Shown piece by piece: positions 27,491 to 37,605 of a stretch of 37,605 nucleotides of DNA. The notes beneath the pieces were generated by a model. It did no database searches. It was given only the letters and a program-made list of their open reading frames with translations, and was not told the DNA's origin. Within the stretch, counting starts at the first letter, position 1. The number at the start of each line of letters is the position of its first letter. The translations under genes and the position numbers were made by a program. The DNA comes from Thermoanaerobaculia bacterium (lineage in GTDB: Bacteria; Acidobacteriota; Thermoanaerobaculia; UBA5066): contig JBAUSZ010000228.1 of assembly GCA_049581965.1 (NCBI GenBank), positions 1 to 37,605 on the forward strand, written 5' to 3'.

Positions 27491-27754
27491 GTGGAACAGA
27501 ACGTCGACTCCCAGACTCTTCTGCTCCGGGGTGAGGTGATCGAGGTGTCGCAGCGCGCCGGCCGTCGCACCCTGACCGTGGCGCTCGAGCCCCACAGTCT
27601 CGTCGCCTCGACCGGAGTGCCCGAGGACACCCACTTGGGAGACCACGTCTGCGTCGAGGCCGAGATCCGCGTCGTCAACGTCGCCCCCGAGCTGCCGCCC
27701 GACCGGCGGCACGCCGGGAGGCGCGCCCCGAGAGCTTCCGAGGAGGAGACATGA
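27491..27754 (+). CDS. hypothetical small protein (about 70-87 aa, start uncertain) translationally coupled to the hydrogenase small subunit
   Basis: This is part of track ORF 27422..27754. The frame has very high GC3 and a protein-like sequence: [87 protein letters not shown]. Its stop TGA overlaps the small-subunit ATG (ATGA at 27751..27754). GTG 27491 and GTG 27536 are candidate starts downstream of the sigma54 promoter. I recognise no family. Confidence 0.4.
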   Translation: MEQNVDSQTLLLRGEVIEVSQRAGRRTLTVALEPHSLVASTGVPEDTHLGDHVCVEAEIRVVNVAPELPPDRRHAGRRAPRASEEET

Positions 27755-28875
27755 GCGAAGAACGCCCGACCATCTGGGAGCACGCCCGCCTCTGCGGCTA
27801 TTCGCGGCGCGACTTCCTCAACTTCTGCGGATGGATCGCCGCCGCCGCCGGCATCCACCAGAGCGCGCTCGGGGCGGTCGTGAAGGCGATGGACACGAAG
27901 CCGCGCCTTCCGGTCGTCTGGTTCCACTTCCAGGAGTGCACCTGCTGCAGCGAGTCGTTCATTCGGTCGTCGCACCCGATCGTCGGCGACATCGTCCTCG
28001 ACAAGATTTCGCTCGACTACACGGAGACCCTGCAGGCCGCGGCCGGGCACCAGGCCGAGGCGGCCCTCCACGAGACGATGAAGAAGTACAAGGGGCAGTA
28101 CCTGATGCTCGTCGAGGGGTCGGTCCCGACCGCCGAGGACGGCATCTACTGCTGCATCGGCGGCCGCACGGCGCTCGACATCGTCAAGGAGGCGGCAGCC
28201 GACGCCAAGGCCATCGTCGCGTGGGGAAGCTGCGCGTCGAACGGCTGCATCCAGGCCGCGAACCCCAACCCGACGAGCGCGACGCCGATTCACAAAGTCG
28301 TCAGCGGCAAGCCGATCATCAACGTCCCCGGCTGCCCGCCGATCGCCGAGGTCATGGCCGGAACGATCGTCTACCTTCTCGCCTTCGACCGGATCCCGAA
28401 GCTCGACGGGCTCGGCCGGCCGATGGCCTTCTATTCCCGGCGGGTCCACGACACCTGCTACCGGCGGCCGAACTACGACGCGGGCCTCTTCGTCGAGTCC
28501 TTCGACGACGAGAACGCGAAGCGCGGCTTCTGCCTCTACAAGATGGGCTGCCGCGGCCCGGTCACGTACAACGCCTGCGGCGTCACGCGCTGGAACAACG
28601 GAGTCAGCTTCCCGATCCAGTCGGGTCACGGCTGCATCGGCTGCAGCGAGGCGAAGTTCTGGGACAACGGCCCCTTCTACCAGCACCTCCCGAACTTCCC
28701 CGGCTTCGGCATCGAGACGACTGCCGACAAGGTGGGCGTCGCGGTGGGCGCGGCCGCGGTCGTCGGCATGGCGGCCCACGCCGTCACGACGAACTTCGTC
28801 AAGCGCAAACAGATCCGCGAGGAAATCCAGAAGAGCGACCGGACACCCGAAGAGGTGACCGGGTCGCACAAGTGA
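27751..28875 (+). CDS. hyaA: membrane-bound group 1 [NiFe]-hydrogenase small subunit (HyaA/HoxK-like, six-cysteine proximal-cluster type)
   Basis: 374 aa. Tat motif SRRDFL (27802..27819). [12 protein letters not shown] has Cys-Thr-Cys-Cys at 27937..27948. [13 protein letters not shown] has its Cys pair at 28231..28248. [26 protein letters not shown] and HGCIGCSE. C-terminal membrane anchor [20 protein letters not shown]. It is close to my recollection of R. eutropha HoxK along its whole length. Confidence 0.9.
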   Translation: MSEERPTIWEHARLCGYSRRDFLNFCGWIAAAAGIHQSALGAVVKAMDTKPRLPVVWFHFQECTCCSESFIRSSHPIVGDIVLDKISLDYTETLQAAAGHQAEAALHETMKKYKGQYLMLVEGSVPTAEDGIYCCIGGRTALDIVKEAAADAKAIVAWGSCASNGCIQAANPNPTSATPIHKVVSGKPIINVPGCPPIAEVMAGTIVYLLAFDRIPKLDGLGRPMAFYSRRVHDTCYRRPNYDAGLFVESFDDENAKRGFCLYKMGCRGPVTYNACGVTRWNNGVSFPIQSGHGCIGCSEAKFWDNGPFYQHLPNFPGFGIETTADKVGVAVGAAAVVGMAAHAVTTNFVKRKQIREEIQKSDRTPEEVTGSHK

Positions 28876-28882
28876 GGACGCC

Positions 28883-30598
<1,716 letters not shown>

Positions 30599-30608
30599 GA
30601 GGCGCCCC

Positions 30609-31295
30609 ATGGCCATGCCCAAGACCGAGGTCCGGCGCGTCTACGTCTGGCAGCTGCCGGTCCGCTTCTACCACTGGGTGAACGCCCTCTGCGTCGTCGT
30701 CCTGGCGGCCACGGGCTACCTCATCGGGACGCCGCTCGCCATCCAGAGCGCCCGCGAGGCCTCGTTCGGCTACTGGTTCGGCACCGTGCGGTTCATCCAC
30801 TTCGTGACCGCCTTCGTCTTCTTCTTCAACTTCCTGTTCCGGATCTACTGGGGTTTCGTCGGCAACGCCTGGGCGCGCTGGCCGCAGTTCCTCCCCTTCC
30901 GGAAGGTGCAGCGTCAGGAGGCCCTCGAGGTCCTGAAGGTCGACATCCTCCAGGCGAAGACCGCTCCGCTGTTGTCGGTCGGCCACAACCCGATCGCCGG
31001 CTTCACGTACTTCCTGACGTTCCTCGCGTTCCTGTTCCAGTCCGCGACGGGGTTCGCGATGTATTCCGCGATGAGCACCGCGAAACTGCCACACCTTTTC
31101 GCGTGGGTCGTGCCGCTGATGGGAGGAGACTTCGCGGTTCGCCAGTGGCACCACATGACGATGTGGTTCTTCATCGTCTTCACGATCATCCACGTCTACC
31201 TCGTCTTCTACCACGACTACGTCGAGGGACGCGGCGTCCTCTCGTCCATGGCCGGAGGCTGGAAGTTCATCGAGAGGCCCGCGGAGAAGCCGTGA
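30609..31295 (+). CDS. cybH: Ni/Fe-hydrogenase b-type cytochrome subunit (HyaC/HoxZ/HupC family)
   Basis: 228 aa. RBS AGGAGG. VYVWQLPVRFYHWVNALCVVVL, four TM helices with conserved His (RFIHFV, WHHMTMWFFIVFTIIHVY) and SSMAGGWKF near the C-terminus. Confidence 0.88.
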   Translation: MAMPKTEVRRVYVWQLPVRFYHWVNALCVVVLAATGYLIGTPLAIQSAREASFGYWFGTVRFIHFVTAFVFFFNFLFRIYWGFVGNAWARWPQFLPFRKVQRQEALEVLKVDILQAKTAPLLSVGHNPIAGFTYFLTFLAFLFQSATGFAMYSAMSTAKLPHLFAWVVPLMGGDFAVRQWHHMTMWFFIVFTIIHVYLVFYHDYVEGRGVLSSMAGGWKFIERPAEKP

Positions 31296-31780
31296 GTGCA
31301 GGCCGGCCGGAGGGGGCGGCCCGGCCGGTCCTCGTCCTCGGAATCGGGAACGTTCTCCTCGGGGACGAGGGGGTGGGTGTCCACGCCGTGAGGAGGATGG
31401 AAGAGGAGGCCTGGCCGCCGACCGTGAAGATCCTCGACGGCGGCACGGGTGGCTTTCACCTCCTCTCCCTCTTTCAGGAGTTCGACCGGATCGTTCTCGT
31501 GGACGCCACGATGGACGGCCAGCCTCCCGGCACCGTCCGGGTCATCCGTCCCCGTTTCGCCTCGGACTACCCGCGCACGCTGAGCGCGCACGACATCGGC
31601 CTCAAGGACCTCGTGGAATCCGCGACGCTCATCGGGCTCGCGCCCGAGGTCGTCCTCGTCGTCGTGTCCGTCAAGACGCTCCCGGAGGGCCTCCACGCCG
31701 AGCTGAGCCCCGAGGTCGCCGCCGTCCTCCCCCGGGTCGCGGAGCTCGTTCGGGAGGCCGTCGAGAGCGACGTCCGCTGA
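31292..31780 (+). CDS. hyaD: hydrogenase maturation endopeptidase (HyaD/HybD/HoxM family)
   Basis: This is the real part of track ORF 31103..31780. GTG at 31292 overlaps the cytochrome b stop (GTGA). VLVLGIGNVLLGDEGVGVHAV, ILDGGTGG, IVLVDA and SAHDIGL. Confidence 0.8.
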   Translation: MSAGRPEGAARPVLVLGIGNVLLGDEGVGVHAVRRMEEEAWPPTVKILDGGTGGFHLLSLFQEFDRIVLVDATMDGQPPGTVRVIRPRFASDYPRTLSAHDIGLKDLVESATLIGLAPEVVLVVVSVKTLPEGLHAELSPEVAAVLPRVAELVREAVESDVR

Positions 31781-31888
31781 CGGGTTCGCGGTGGCCGTCG
31801 GGGCCGACGAACGCAAACCGTCTCTGGAGGCTGGAGAAGGGCGCGACCATTCTCTGACAGAATCGCCTCCCCCAAATGGGGTCTCACG

Positions 31889-32416
31889 ATGACGGAATCC
31901 CGCCGACTCCTCCAGCACTTTCTCGCCGCGCTCGCGTACCGAACGCAGAAGGCGTTGCGCTCCGCGCCTCCTTCCTTCCCCGATTTTCGGGCCGGGACCA
32001 ACGTGCGAACACCGCACGAGCTCCTCTGGCACATGACGGGCGTCGTCGGCTACGCGCGAACGATGCTCCGCGGCGGCGACTTCGCCCCGCCCTGGCTCGA
32101 GGCGTTTTCCGACGAGGTCGCCCGCTTCCACGCGACGCTCGAGGCCCTGCGAGACGATCTCGGCGACGCGGCGCTCACGTCACGCATCAGTGACGAGCAG
32201 TTCCTCCAGGGGCCGCTGTCGGATGCGATGACGCACGCCGGCCAGCTCGCGATACTCCGCCGGCTCGCGGGGCACCCCGTGCCCTCGGAGAACTTCATCT
32301 TCGCGAGGGTCGCGGCATCCAATGTCGGCCCCCGCCAGCCGGAGCCGGCGGCTCCCGACGCGTGGTGGCGGCCGGATCTGCCCCCGCAGCCGCCCGGGCC
32401 GCCCAAACGCAGCTAG
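31889..32416 (+). CDS. DinB-like (DinB_2) family protein
   Basis: 175 aa. Helical-bundle pattern with His-containing blocks ELLWHMTGVV and AMTHAGQLAILRR. The C-terminal tail is Pro-rich. Assigned from motif memory only. Confidence 0.5.
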   Translation: MTESRRLLQHFLAALAYRTQKALRSAPPSFPDFRAGTNVRTPHELLWHMTGVVGYARTMLRGGDFAPPWLEAFSDEVARFHATLEALRDDLGDAALTSRISDEQFLQGPLSDAMTHAGQLAILRRLAGHPVPSENFIFARVAASNVGPRQPEPAAPDAWWRPDLPPQPPGPPKRS

Positions 32417-32458
32417 ATCCGGCCGCTGCTCGACGGCGTACGATTTCCAGGAGACCCC

Positions 32459-33511
32459 ATGTCCACACGTATCCGCGCCTTCGGCGCAACCGCCCCGAGG
32501 GCTCCCCTCGCCCCGCTCTCGATCGAACGCCGCGCACCGGGCGACACTGACGTCGAAATCGAGATCCTGTTCTGTGGCGTCTGCCACTCCGACATCCATC
32601 AGGTGCGCGACGAGTGGTGGCCGGGTCAGTACCCGATGGTCCCGGGCCACGAGATCGTCGGGCGCGTGTCCCGGACGGGGCCGGGCGTCAAAAAATTCAG
32701 GACAGGCGACCTCGCCGGCGTGGGCTGCTTCGTGGACTCCTGCCTCGCCTGCGACCCGTGCAGGCGCAACCTCGAGCAGTTCTGCCTCGCCGGGGCCGCA
32801 TTCACCTACAACGGGACCGAGATGGACCGCAAGACGCCGACGTACGGCGGCTACTCGCAGCGCGTCGTCGTGAAGGAGCGCTTCGTCCTGAGGGTTCCGG
32901 CCGGCCTCGACCTCGCCGGGGCCGCGCCGCTCCTCTGCGCGGGCATCACGACGTACTCGCCTCTTCGCCAGTGGAAGTGCAAGCCGGGTGACCGCGTCGG
33001 CGTCGTGGGGCTCGGCGGCCTCGGCCACATGGCCGTGAAGCTCGCCGCCGCGATGGGCGCCGAAGTGACGATGCTCTCGACGTCGCGCTCGAAGGAAGCG
33101 GATGCGAAGCGCCTCGGGGCGCACGCGTTCGAGCTGACGAACGACAAGGCCACGTTCAAGAAGCTCGCCGGACGCTTCGACCTCATCCTCGACACGATCT
33201 CGGTCGCCCACGACCTCGACGCCCACCTCGGGATGCTTCGGACGAGCGGCGCCATGGTGATCGTCGGCGTCCCGCCGGTGCCCGCCAGTCTCTCGGCGAT
33301 GTCCGTGATCCTCGGGAACAAGAAGCTGGCGGGCTCGATGATCGGCGGGATCGCCGAAACGCAGGAGATGCTCGACTTCTGTGCGGCGAGGAAGATCGCG
33401 GCCGACGTGGAGGTCATTCCGGCCGCGAAGATCAACGAGGCCTACGACCGGATGTTGAAGAGTGACGTCCGTTACCGGTTCGTGATCGACGCGGCCAGCT
33501 TCGGGGGCTGA
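32459..33511 (+). CDS. zinc-type NAD(P)-dependent alcohol dehydrogenase (cinnamyl-ADH/YahK-like)
   Basis: 350 aa. RBS AGGAG. GVCHSDIH, PMVPGHEIVGRV, structural Zn Cys cluster CFVDSCLACDPCRRNLEQFC and Rossmann motif GVVGLGGLGHMAVK. Confidence 0.9.
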   Translation: MSTRIRAFGATAPRAPLAPLSIERRAPGDTDVEIEILFCGVCHSDIHQVRDEWWPGQYPMVPGHEIVGRVSRTGPGVKKFRTGDLAGVGCFVDSCLACDPCRRNLEQFCLAGAAFTYNGTEMDRKTPTYGGYSQRVVVKERFVLRVPAGLDLAGAAPLLCAGITTYSPLRQWKCKPGDRVGVVGLGGLGHMAVKLAAAMGAEVTMLSTSRSKEADAKRLGAHAFELTNDKATFKKLAGRFDLILDTISVAHDLDAHLGMLRTSGAMVIVGVPPVPASLSAMSVILGNKKLAGSMIGGIAETQEMLDFCAARKIAADVEVIPAAKINEAYDRMLKSDVRYRFVIDAASFGG

Positions 33512-33528
33512 CGCGTCCCGCAGCAGAC

Positions 33529-34005
33529 GTGAAGCGCTACCGATTCCTGACCAGCTGGCGCTTCGATGTGCCCGTGGAGCCCGTCTGGGACACGCTGATG
33601 CAGCCCGAGAACTGGCCTCTCTGGTGGCCCTACGTCCTCGCCGTGCGCGCGCTCGAGAGCGGGGACGCCGGCGGGATCGGAGCCGTTCACCGGTTCACGT
33701 GGTCGAGCCGCCTGCCGTACCGGCTCACGTTCGATTCGAAGATCACGCGCCTCGAACCCCACGCGCGGATCGAGGCGTCGGCGTCGGGCGACCTCGTCGG
33801 GACCGGGCGATGGGACCTCTCCTTCGAAGGGCATGAGACGGCCGTCCGTTACGAGTGGATCGTCTCCACGGCAAAGCCCTGGATGAACCTCCTCGCGCCC
33901 TTTCTCGCGCCGGCGTTTCGCTGGAACCACGACCACGTCATGGCGGCCGGCGGCCGCGGTCTCGCCCGGCACCTCGGAGCGCGGCTGGTCGAATTCTCCG
34001 GGTAG
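33529..34005 (+). CDS. SRPBCC (START/polyketide cyclase-like) family protein
   Basis: 158 aa with a GTG start. V.P..VWD.L...E.WP.WWP pattern (VPVEPVWDTLMQPENWPLWWP), then beta-rich repeats. The family is typical but the motifs are weak. Confidence 0.55.
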   Translation: MKRYRFLTSWRFDVPVEPVWDTLMQPENWPLWWPYVLAVRALESGDAGGIGAVHRFTWSSRLPYRLTFDSKITRLEPHARIEASASGDLVGTGRWDLSFEGHETAVRYEWIVSTAKPWMNLLAPFLAPAFRWNHDHVMAAGGRGLARHLGARLVEFSG

Positions 34006-34035
34006 GCCTGCCCCCCGGATCCGGCCCTCGCCCCT

Positions 34036-35349
34036 TCAGGCTCTCGTCGAGGGCGCCTCCCGCAGGAGCCGTCGGATCGCCCTTGAAGCGGGGCGCTCTC
34101 CCAGGTTCTCGAAAAGCTCGTGGTTTCGGTCGATCCGGGCGAGGTCGTACACGTAGTTCACCATGAAGCCGGCTGAGGTTTCCAGGCCGCGCGGCGACGG
34201 GTCGCCCATCCAGTTCACGCGCTCGAGCCGCGCCCCGTTCCCGAGGTGGAAGCGGGCGACCGGGTCGGCCGGGCGACCCGAGGCATCCGCCGCGAGAAGA
34301 AGGTAGTGCACGACGGCGGACGTGAGGAGTTTGACGAGCGCGCGGGGTGCAGACGCCGAGCCGAGGCCCGCGGGCACGTTGGTCTCGCGCAGCAGCGCGC
34401 GATCCGCGGAGGTCAGAAACGTCGGCGAACGCGAGTCCCGCTCGCGGCGGAGCCACGCGGAAAACCCCGGCACCGGCGAGAGCGTGACGAACGTCTCCAG
34501 AGAGGGGACCTCCACCTTCAGCTCCTCGGCCACGCGCTTCAGCAGGAAATGGCCGAAGGTGATTCCCTTCAGACCCGCCTGACAGTTCGAAGTCGAGTAG
34601 AAGACCGCGGTCGTCGCGCGCCGAAGCAAGAGCGGGTGCCGCGCCTCCTCGAGCAACGGGGCGATCGCGGCGGGCATCTCGTCCGTGAGGGCGACCTCGA
34701 CGAAGATGAGTGGCTCGTTTTCGAGGGCCGGGTGAAAAAACGCGAAGCAGCGCCGGTCTCCCGGATCGAGACGACGCCTGAGGTCGTCCCAGCTCGTGAT
34801 CGCGTGCACGGCCTCGTACCGGATGATCCTCTCGAGGATCTGGGCGGGCGTCGACCAATCGATGCGGCGCAGGACCAGAAATCCGGGACTGAACCACGAC
34901 GAGAAGACGTGCACGAAGTCCGCGTCGACGACGGCGAGCTTTGGATGAGACCCGAGGTGGCGAAGGAGGTCCGCGCGCATGCGGACGAGATCGGGAGTTC
35001 CTCCCGGGGCCCGGTTGAGCCGCCGGAAAAGTTCCTGCCGCCGTGCCTCGGCTGAGACGTGGAGGGCGAGCGCCGCCTCCGGCCCGGGGCGGGAGCGGTA
35101 TTCCGAGATGGCCCGCTCGAGGCGGACGGGATCGGCTCCAAAGCGCGTCGCGAGGGTCTCCAGGAAGGCGAGTCTTCTCTCGGGCCCGAGCGCCGCGTAA
35201 TCGTCGAAGAGCTGACGGGCGAATACGGCGCCGGAGATCTGCCCTCGGCCCGAAAGGAGGGCCTCCGCGAGAGCCGTCACGTCTCCCGCCCGAACGCCGG
35301 CGTCGCCCGCGAGAAAGCCGAGGAGGCCTCTGAAGAGCCCGCGCTTCAT
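34036..35349 (-). CDS. malonyl-CoA decarboxylase
   Basis: 437 aa. Blocks I recognise for the MCD family: FVHVFSSWFSPGFLVLRRIDW, IIRYEAVHAI, RRCFAFFHPALENEPLIFVEVAL, FVTLSPVPGF and GNGARLERVNWMGD...GFMVNYVY. Confidence 0.85.
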   Translation of the reverse strand: MKRGLFRGLLGFLAGDAGVRAGDVTALAEALLSGRGQISGAVFARQLFDDYAALGPERRLAFLETLATRFGADPVRLERAISEYRSRPGPEAALALHVSAEARRQELFRRLNRAPGGTPDLVRMRADLLRHLGSHPKLAVVDADFVHVFSSWFSPGFLVLRRIDWSTPAQILERIIRYEAVHAITSWDDLRRRLDPGDRRCFAFFHPALENEPLIFVEVALTDEMPAAIAPLLEEARHPLLLRRATTAVFYSTSNCQAGLKGITFGHFLLKRVAEELKVEVPSLETFVTLSPVPGFSAWLRRERDSRSPTFLTSADRALLRETNVPAGLGSASAPRALVKLLTSAVVHYLLLAADASGRPADPVARFHLGNGARLERVNWMGDPSPRGLETSAGFMVNYVYDLARIDRNHELFENLGERPASRAIRRLLREAPSTRA

Positions 35350-35411
35350 GTCGCTTCCCGCTTGAGGTTACGCCACACGCCGGGTCCTGCGGCCTGCTAC
35401 GCTCGGGCGCC

Positions 35412-36311
35412 GTGCAGGACTTCGTCGCGGTGCTCGTCAACTCGGTGATCTCGGCCGCGCTCTACGCGACGATGGCGTACGGCCTCGCGGTGATCTACGG
35501 CGTCATGCGCATCATCAACCTCGCGCACGCGGGTCTCATGATGCTCGGGGCCTACACGACGTTCTCCCTGTTTACGCGCTTCTCCCTCGACCCGTTTCTC
35601 TCGCTGTTCGTGGTCGGGCCCCTCTTCTTCGTGATCGGCGTCGCCCTTCACCGTCTCGTCGTGAGCCGCCTCCCCCGTTCGAGTGGGACGCCGTCGATCG
35701 AATCGCTCCTCCTCCTGTTCGGGGTCTGGCTCGTCCTGCAGAACCTCGCCTACGTGATCTGGACCGGTGACACCCAGTCCATCCTGACGCCCTACACGAT
35801 GAAATCCATCCCGATCCTCGGCGTGCGCGTCGGAATCCCGTCGCTCCTCGTCTTCGGGGCGAGCGTCCTCTCCCTCGTCTTTCTGAACGTCGTCCTCAAG
35901 GCGACATACCTCGGGAAGGCGATCCGCGCCGTCACCCAGAACCGCGACGCCGCCCTTCTCGCGGGCGTCGACGCGGACCGCATCTCCGCCGTCGCGTTCG
36001 GGCTCGGCACCGCGTTCGCCGGGATCGCGGGCGGGATGCTCTCGACCCTCTACGCCTTCACGCCCGATTTCGGACGCAGTTTTCTCCTCAAGGCGTTCTG
36101 CATCATCGTTCTCGGCGGAATGGAGAGTGTCACGGGCGTCGCAGCCGGCGCCCTCGTCCTCGCTTTCCTGGAGAACGGCCTCGGCGTCTGGACGACGCTC
36201 CCGACGTCCTTTCAGGACGCCGTGAGCTTCTCGCTCCTGTTCGTCTCCCTCGTCGCGTTCCCGCAGGGCCTCCCGGGGCTCTTCGCCCGTGTCCGGACGT
36301 CGCTGCGGTGA
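35412..36311 (+). CDS. ABC permease, LivH family (system 3)
   Basis: 299 aa with a GTG start. YGLAVIYGVMRIINLAHAGLMMLGAY and GGMESVTGVAAGA. Confidence 0.8.
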   Translation: MQDFVAVLVNSVISAALYATMAYGLAVIYGVMRIINLAHAGLMMLGAYTTFSLFTRFSLDPFLSLFVVGPLFFVIGVALHRLVVSRLPRSSGTPSIESLLLLFGVWLVLQNLAYVIWTGDTQSILTPYTMKSIPILGVRVGIPSLLVFGASVLSLVFLNVVLKATYLGKAIRAVTQNRDAALLAGVDADRISAVAFGLGTAFAGIAGGMLSTLYAFTPDFGRSFLLKAFCIIVLGGMESVTGVAAGALVLAFLENGLGVWTTLPTSFQDAVSFSLLFVSLVAFPQGLPGLFARVRTSLR

Positions 36312-37264
36312 AGCGACTCCCGCTTGCCTGCGGAGCCGCGCTCGGGGCGTTCACCCTCGCCGCGCCGTTCTTCCTCGAACGCGGGACGCTCAACGACGTC
36401 TGGAATCTGGCCTTCGCCGTCATCCTCGCGTCGGCCTGGAACATCCTCGGGGGCTTCGCCGGGCAGGTGTCCCTCGGCTACTCGGCGTTTCTCGGGATCG
36501 GCGCCTACACGACGGTCCTCCTCTCGCTGAAAGGCGTCGACCCTTTCCTGTCGCTCCCCCTCGGCGCGGCGCTCGCGGCCCTCTTCTCGGTCGTCATCGG
36601 GCTCCCGGCCTTCCGCCTGCGCGGGCCGTACTTCACGATCGCGACGATCGGCGTCGGGGAGGCCGTCCGTGTCTGCGCATCGAGTGTTTCGTTCACGGGT
36701 GGCTCGAGCGGTCTCAGGATGCCGGCAGGCTCGTTCGATTTCACGCTCAACTACGAGGCGATGGCGGCGCTCGCGATCCTCACGGTGGCCGCCGCGGCGC
36801 TCGTGAAGCGCAGCGCCTTCGGCCGGGCGCTCGCGGCCATCAAGCAGGACATCGACGCGGCCGAGGCCGTCGGCGTCAACGCGACCCGCTTCAAGCTCGG
36901 CGCTCACGCGCTGTCGGCCGCGATCGTGGCGCTCGCGGGCTCGCTCTACGCGATCAACTTCCAGTACATCGCGCCGGGCTCCGTCTTCGACTTCCGCCTC
37001 AGCCTGAGCATCGTCCTGATGCCGATCGTCGGCGGCGTCGGGACGGTCGCCGGACCCGTCCTCGGGGCGGTCGTGTTTTCGACGCTCCAGATCAAGCTTC
37101 TGGCGATTCCAGCGCTCCGCGATTCCTATCTGTTCCTTTACGGGGCGCTCCTGATCCTCGTGATGCTCTACGAGCCGAAGGGTCTCGTCGGCCTCGTGCG
37201 CCGCCTCCTCACGCGGCTGCGCGGGGGACCGGCCGCGCCTCCGGAGGCCGCCCGTGCCGCCTGA
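36308..37264 (+). CDS. ABC permease, LivM family (system 3)
   Basis: 318 aa. The GTG start overlaps the previous stop (GTGA). SAWNILGGFAGQVSLGYSAFLGIGAYTT and AIKQDIDAAEAVGVNAT. Confidence 0.8.
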   Translation: MKRLPLACGAALGAFTLAAPFFLERGTLNDVWNLAFAVILASAWNILGGFAGQVSLGYSAFLGIGAYTTVLLSLKGVDPFLSLPLGAALAALFSVVIGLPAFRLRGPYFTIATIGVGEAVRVCASSVSFTGGSSGLRMPAGSFDFTLNYEAMAALAILTVAAAALVKRSAFGRALAAIKQDIDAAEAVGVNATRFKLGAHALSAAIVALAGSLYAINFQYIAPGSVFDFRLSLSIVLMPIVGGVGTVAGPVLGAVVFSTLQIKLLAIPALRDSYLFLYGALLILVMLYEPKGLVGLVRRLLTRLRGGPAAPPEAARAA

Positions 37265-37605
37265 GCCTCTCCTCTCCGTCCGGGCCCTCACGAAGCGATT
37301 CGGAGGCCTGACCGCCCTGTCCGACGTGTCCTTCGACGTCTCGGCCGGCGAGATCTACGGCGTCATCGGGCCCAACGGCGCGGGCAAGACGACGCTCTTC
37401 TCGTGCCTCGTCGGCGCGCAGGCGCCCACCTCCGGCGAGATCCGCTTCCGGGGCGAGCGGATCGACGGCCTTCCGAACCACGCGGTCGTCCGGCGCGGCC
37501 TCGTGCGCACGCATCAGATCGTGCGCCCGTTCCGGGAGATGACCGTCGAGGAGAACGTCTCGATCGGCGCGCACTTCGGCGCGGGCCGCCGCCGCGGCGC
37601 GGAGG
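37254..37605 (+). CDS. ABC ATP-binding protein, LivG family (system 3); the 3' end runs off the window
   Basis: I translated it by hand. GTG at 37254 overlaps the livM-like end by 11 nt. PPEPLLSVRALTKRFGGLTALSDVSFDVSAGEIYGVIGPNGAGKTTLFSCL... There is no stop before 37605. Confidence 0.75.
   Translation, partial: MPPEPLLSVRALTKRFGGLTALSDVSFDVSAGEIYGVIGPNGAGKTTLFSCLVGAQAPTSGEIRFRGERIDGLPNHAVVRRGLVRTHQIVRPFREMTVEENVSIGAHFGAGRRRGAE

Noticed and set aside
27283-27750. A riboswitch or structured RNA leader (for example a Ni/Co-sensing one) in the long gap before the hydrogenase
   Set aside because: I recognise no known riboswitch consensus. The 3' two-thirds shows three-base periodicity typical of coding sequence, and the 5' part is better explained by the dyad repeats and the promoter.
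27491-27754. Calling the small ORF a HypC/HupF-type chaperone or a TOBE domain
   Set aside because: It lacks the invariant N-terminal Met-Cys of HypC/HupF and the VH.G block. The TOBE resemblance is only a strand-pattern impression. It stays hypothetical.
31781-31888. Terminator or small gene in the gap after the hydrogenase endopeptidase
   Set aside because: The only structure is a short CGTCG-GGGC-CGACG hairpin without a T run. The ORF starting at 31876 is a junk frame overlapping the DinB-like gene.

Overview
A 37.6 kb, very GC-rich window with strongly GC-skewed third codon positions. It is almost fully coding and mostly on the + strand. A sigma54-type activator, a Tat-exported hydrogenase and an outer-membrane beta-barrel point to a diderm bacterium. 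I support about 40 CDS. I see no rRNA, tRNA, CRISPR array, transposase or integrase. Gene order: DUF2891 protein (partial), MBL-fold hydrolase, alpha/beta hydrolase, UbiE/MenG methyltransferase, PAS-GGDEF-EAL protein and CBS/ACT protein. Then Liv-type ABC system 1 (SBP-LivH-LivM-LivG-LivF). Then a cytosolic group 3b-type NAD(P)-linked [NiFe]-hydrogenase operon (beta, a stand-alone cNMP-binding-domain protein, gamma, delta, alpha, endopeptidase). Then proC and a lipocalin-like gene on the minus strand. Then Liv-type ABC system 2, whose two ATPases are fused into one polypeptide. Then an MFS transporter, a porin-like beta-barrel and an orphan Liv-type SBP. Then a sigma54 activator with no sensory domain, tandem dyad repeats and a good -24/-12 promoter. 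These lead into a small uncharacterised ORF and a membrane-bound group 1 [NiFe]-hydrogenase operon (Tat small subunit with the six-cysteine O2-tolerant signature, large subunit, cytochrome b, endopeptidase). Then DinB-like, Zn-ADH and SRPBCC genes, malonyl-CoA decarboxylase on the minus strand, and the start of Liv-type ABC system 3. The most interesting material is the control region of the group 1 hydrogenase (26.0-27.8 kb) and the cNMP-domain gene inside the group 3b operon. The long ORFs in other frames or antisense are shadow ORFs typical of high-GC DNA. All family assignments come from motifs I recognise by eye. No database search was run.
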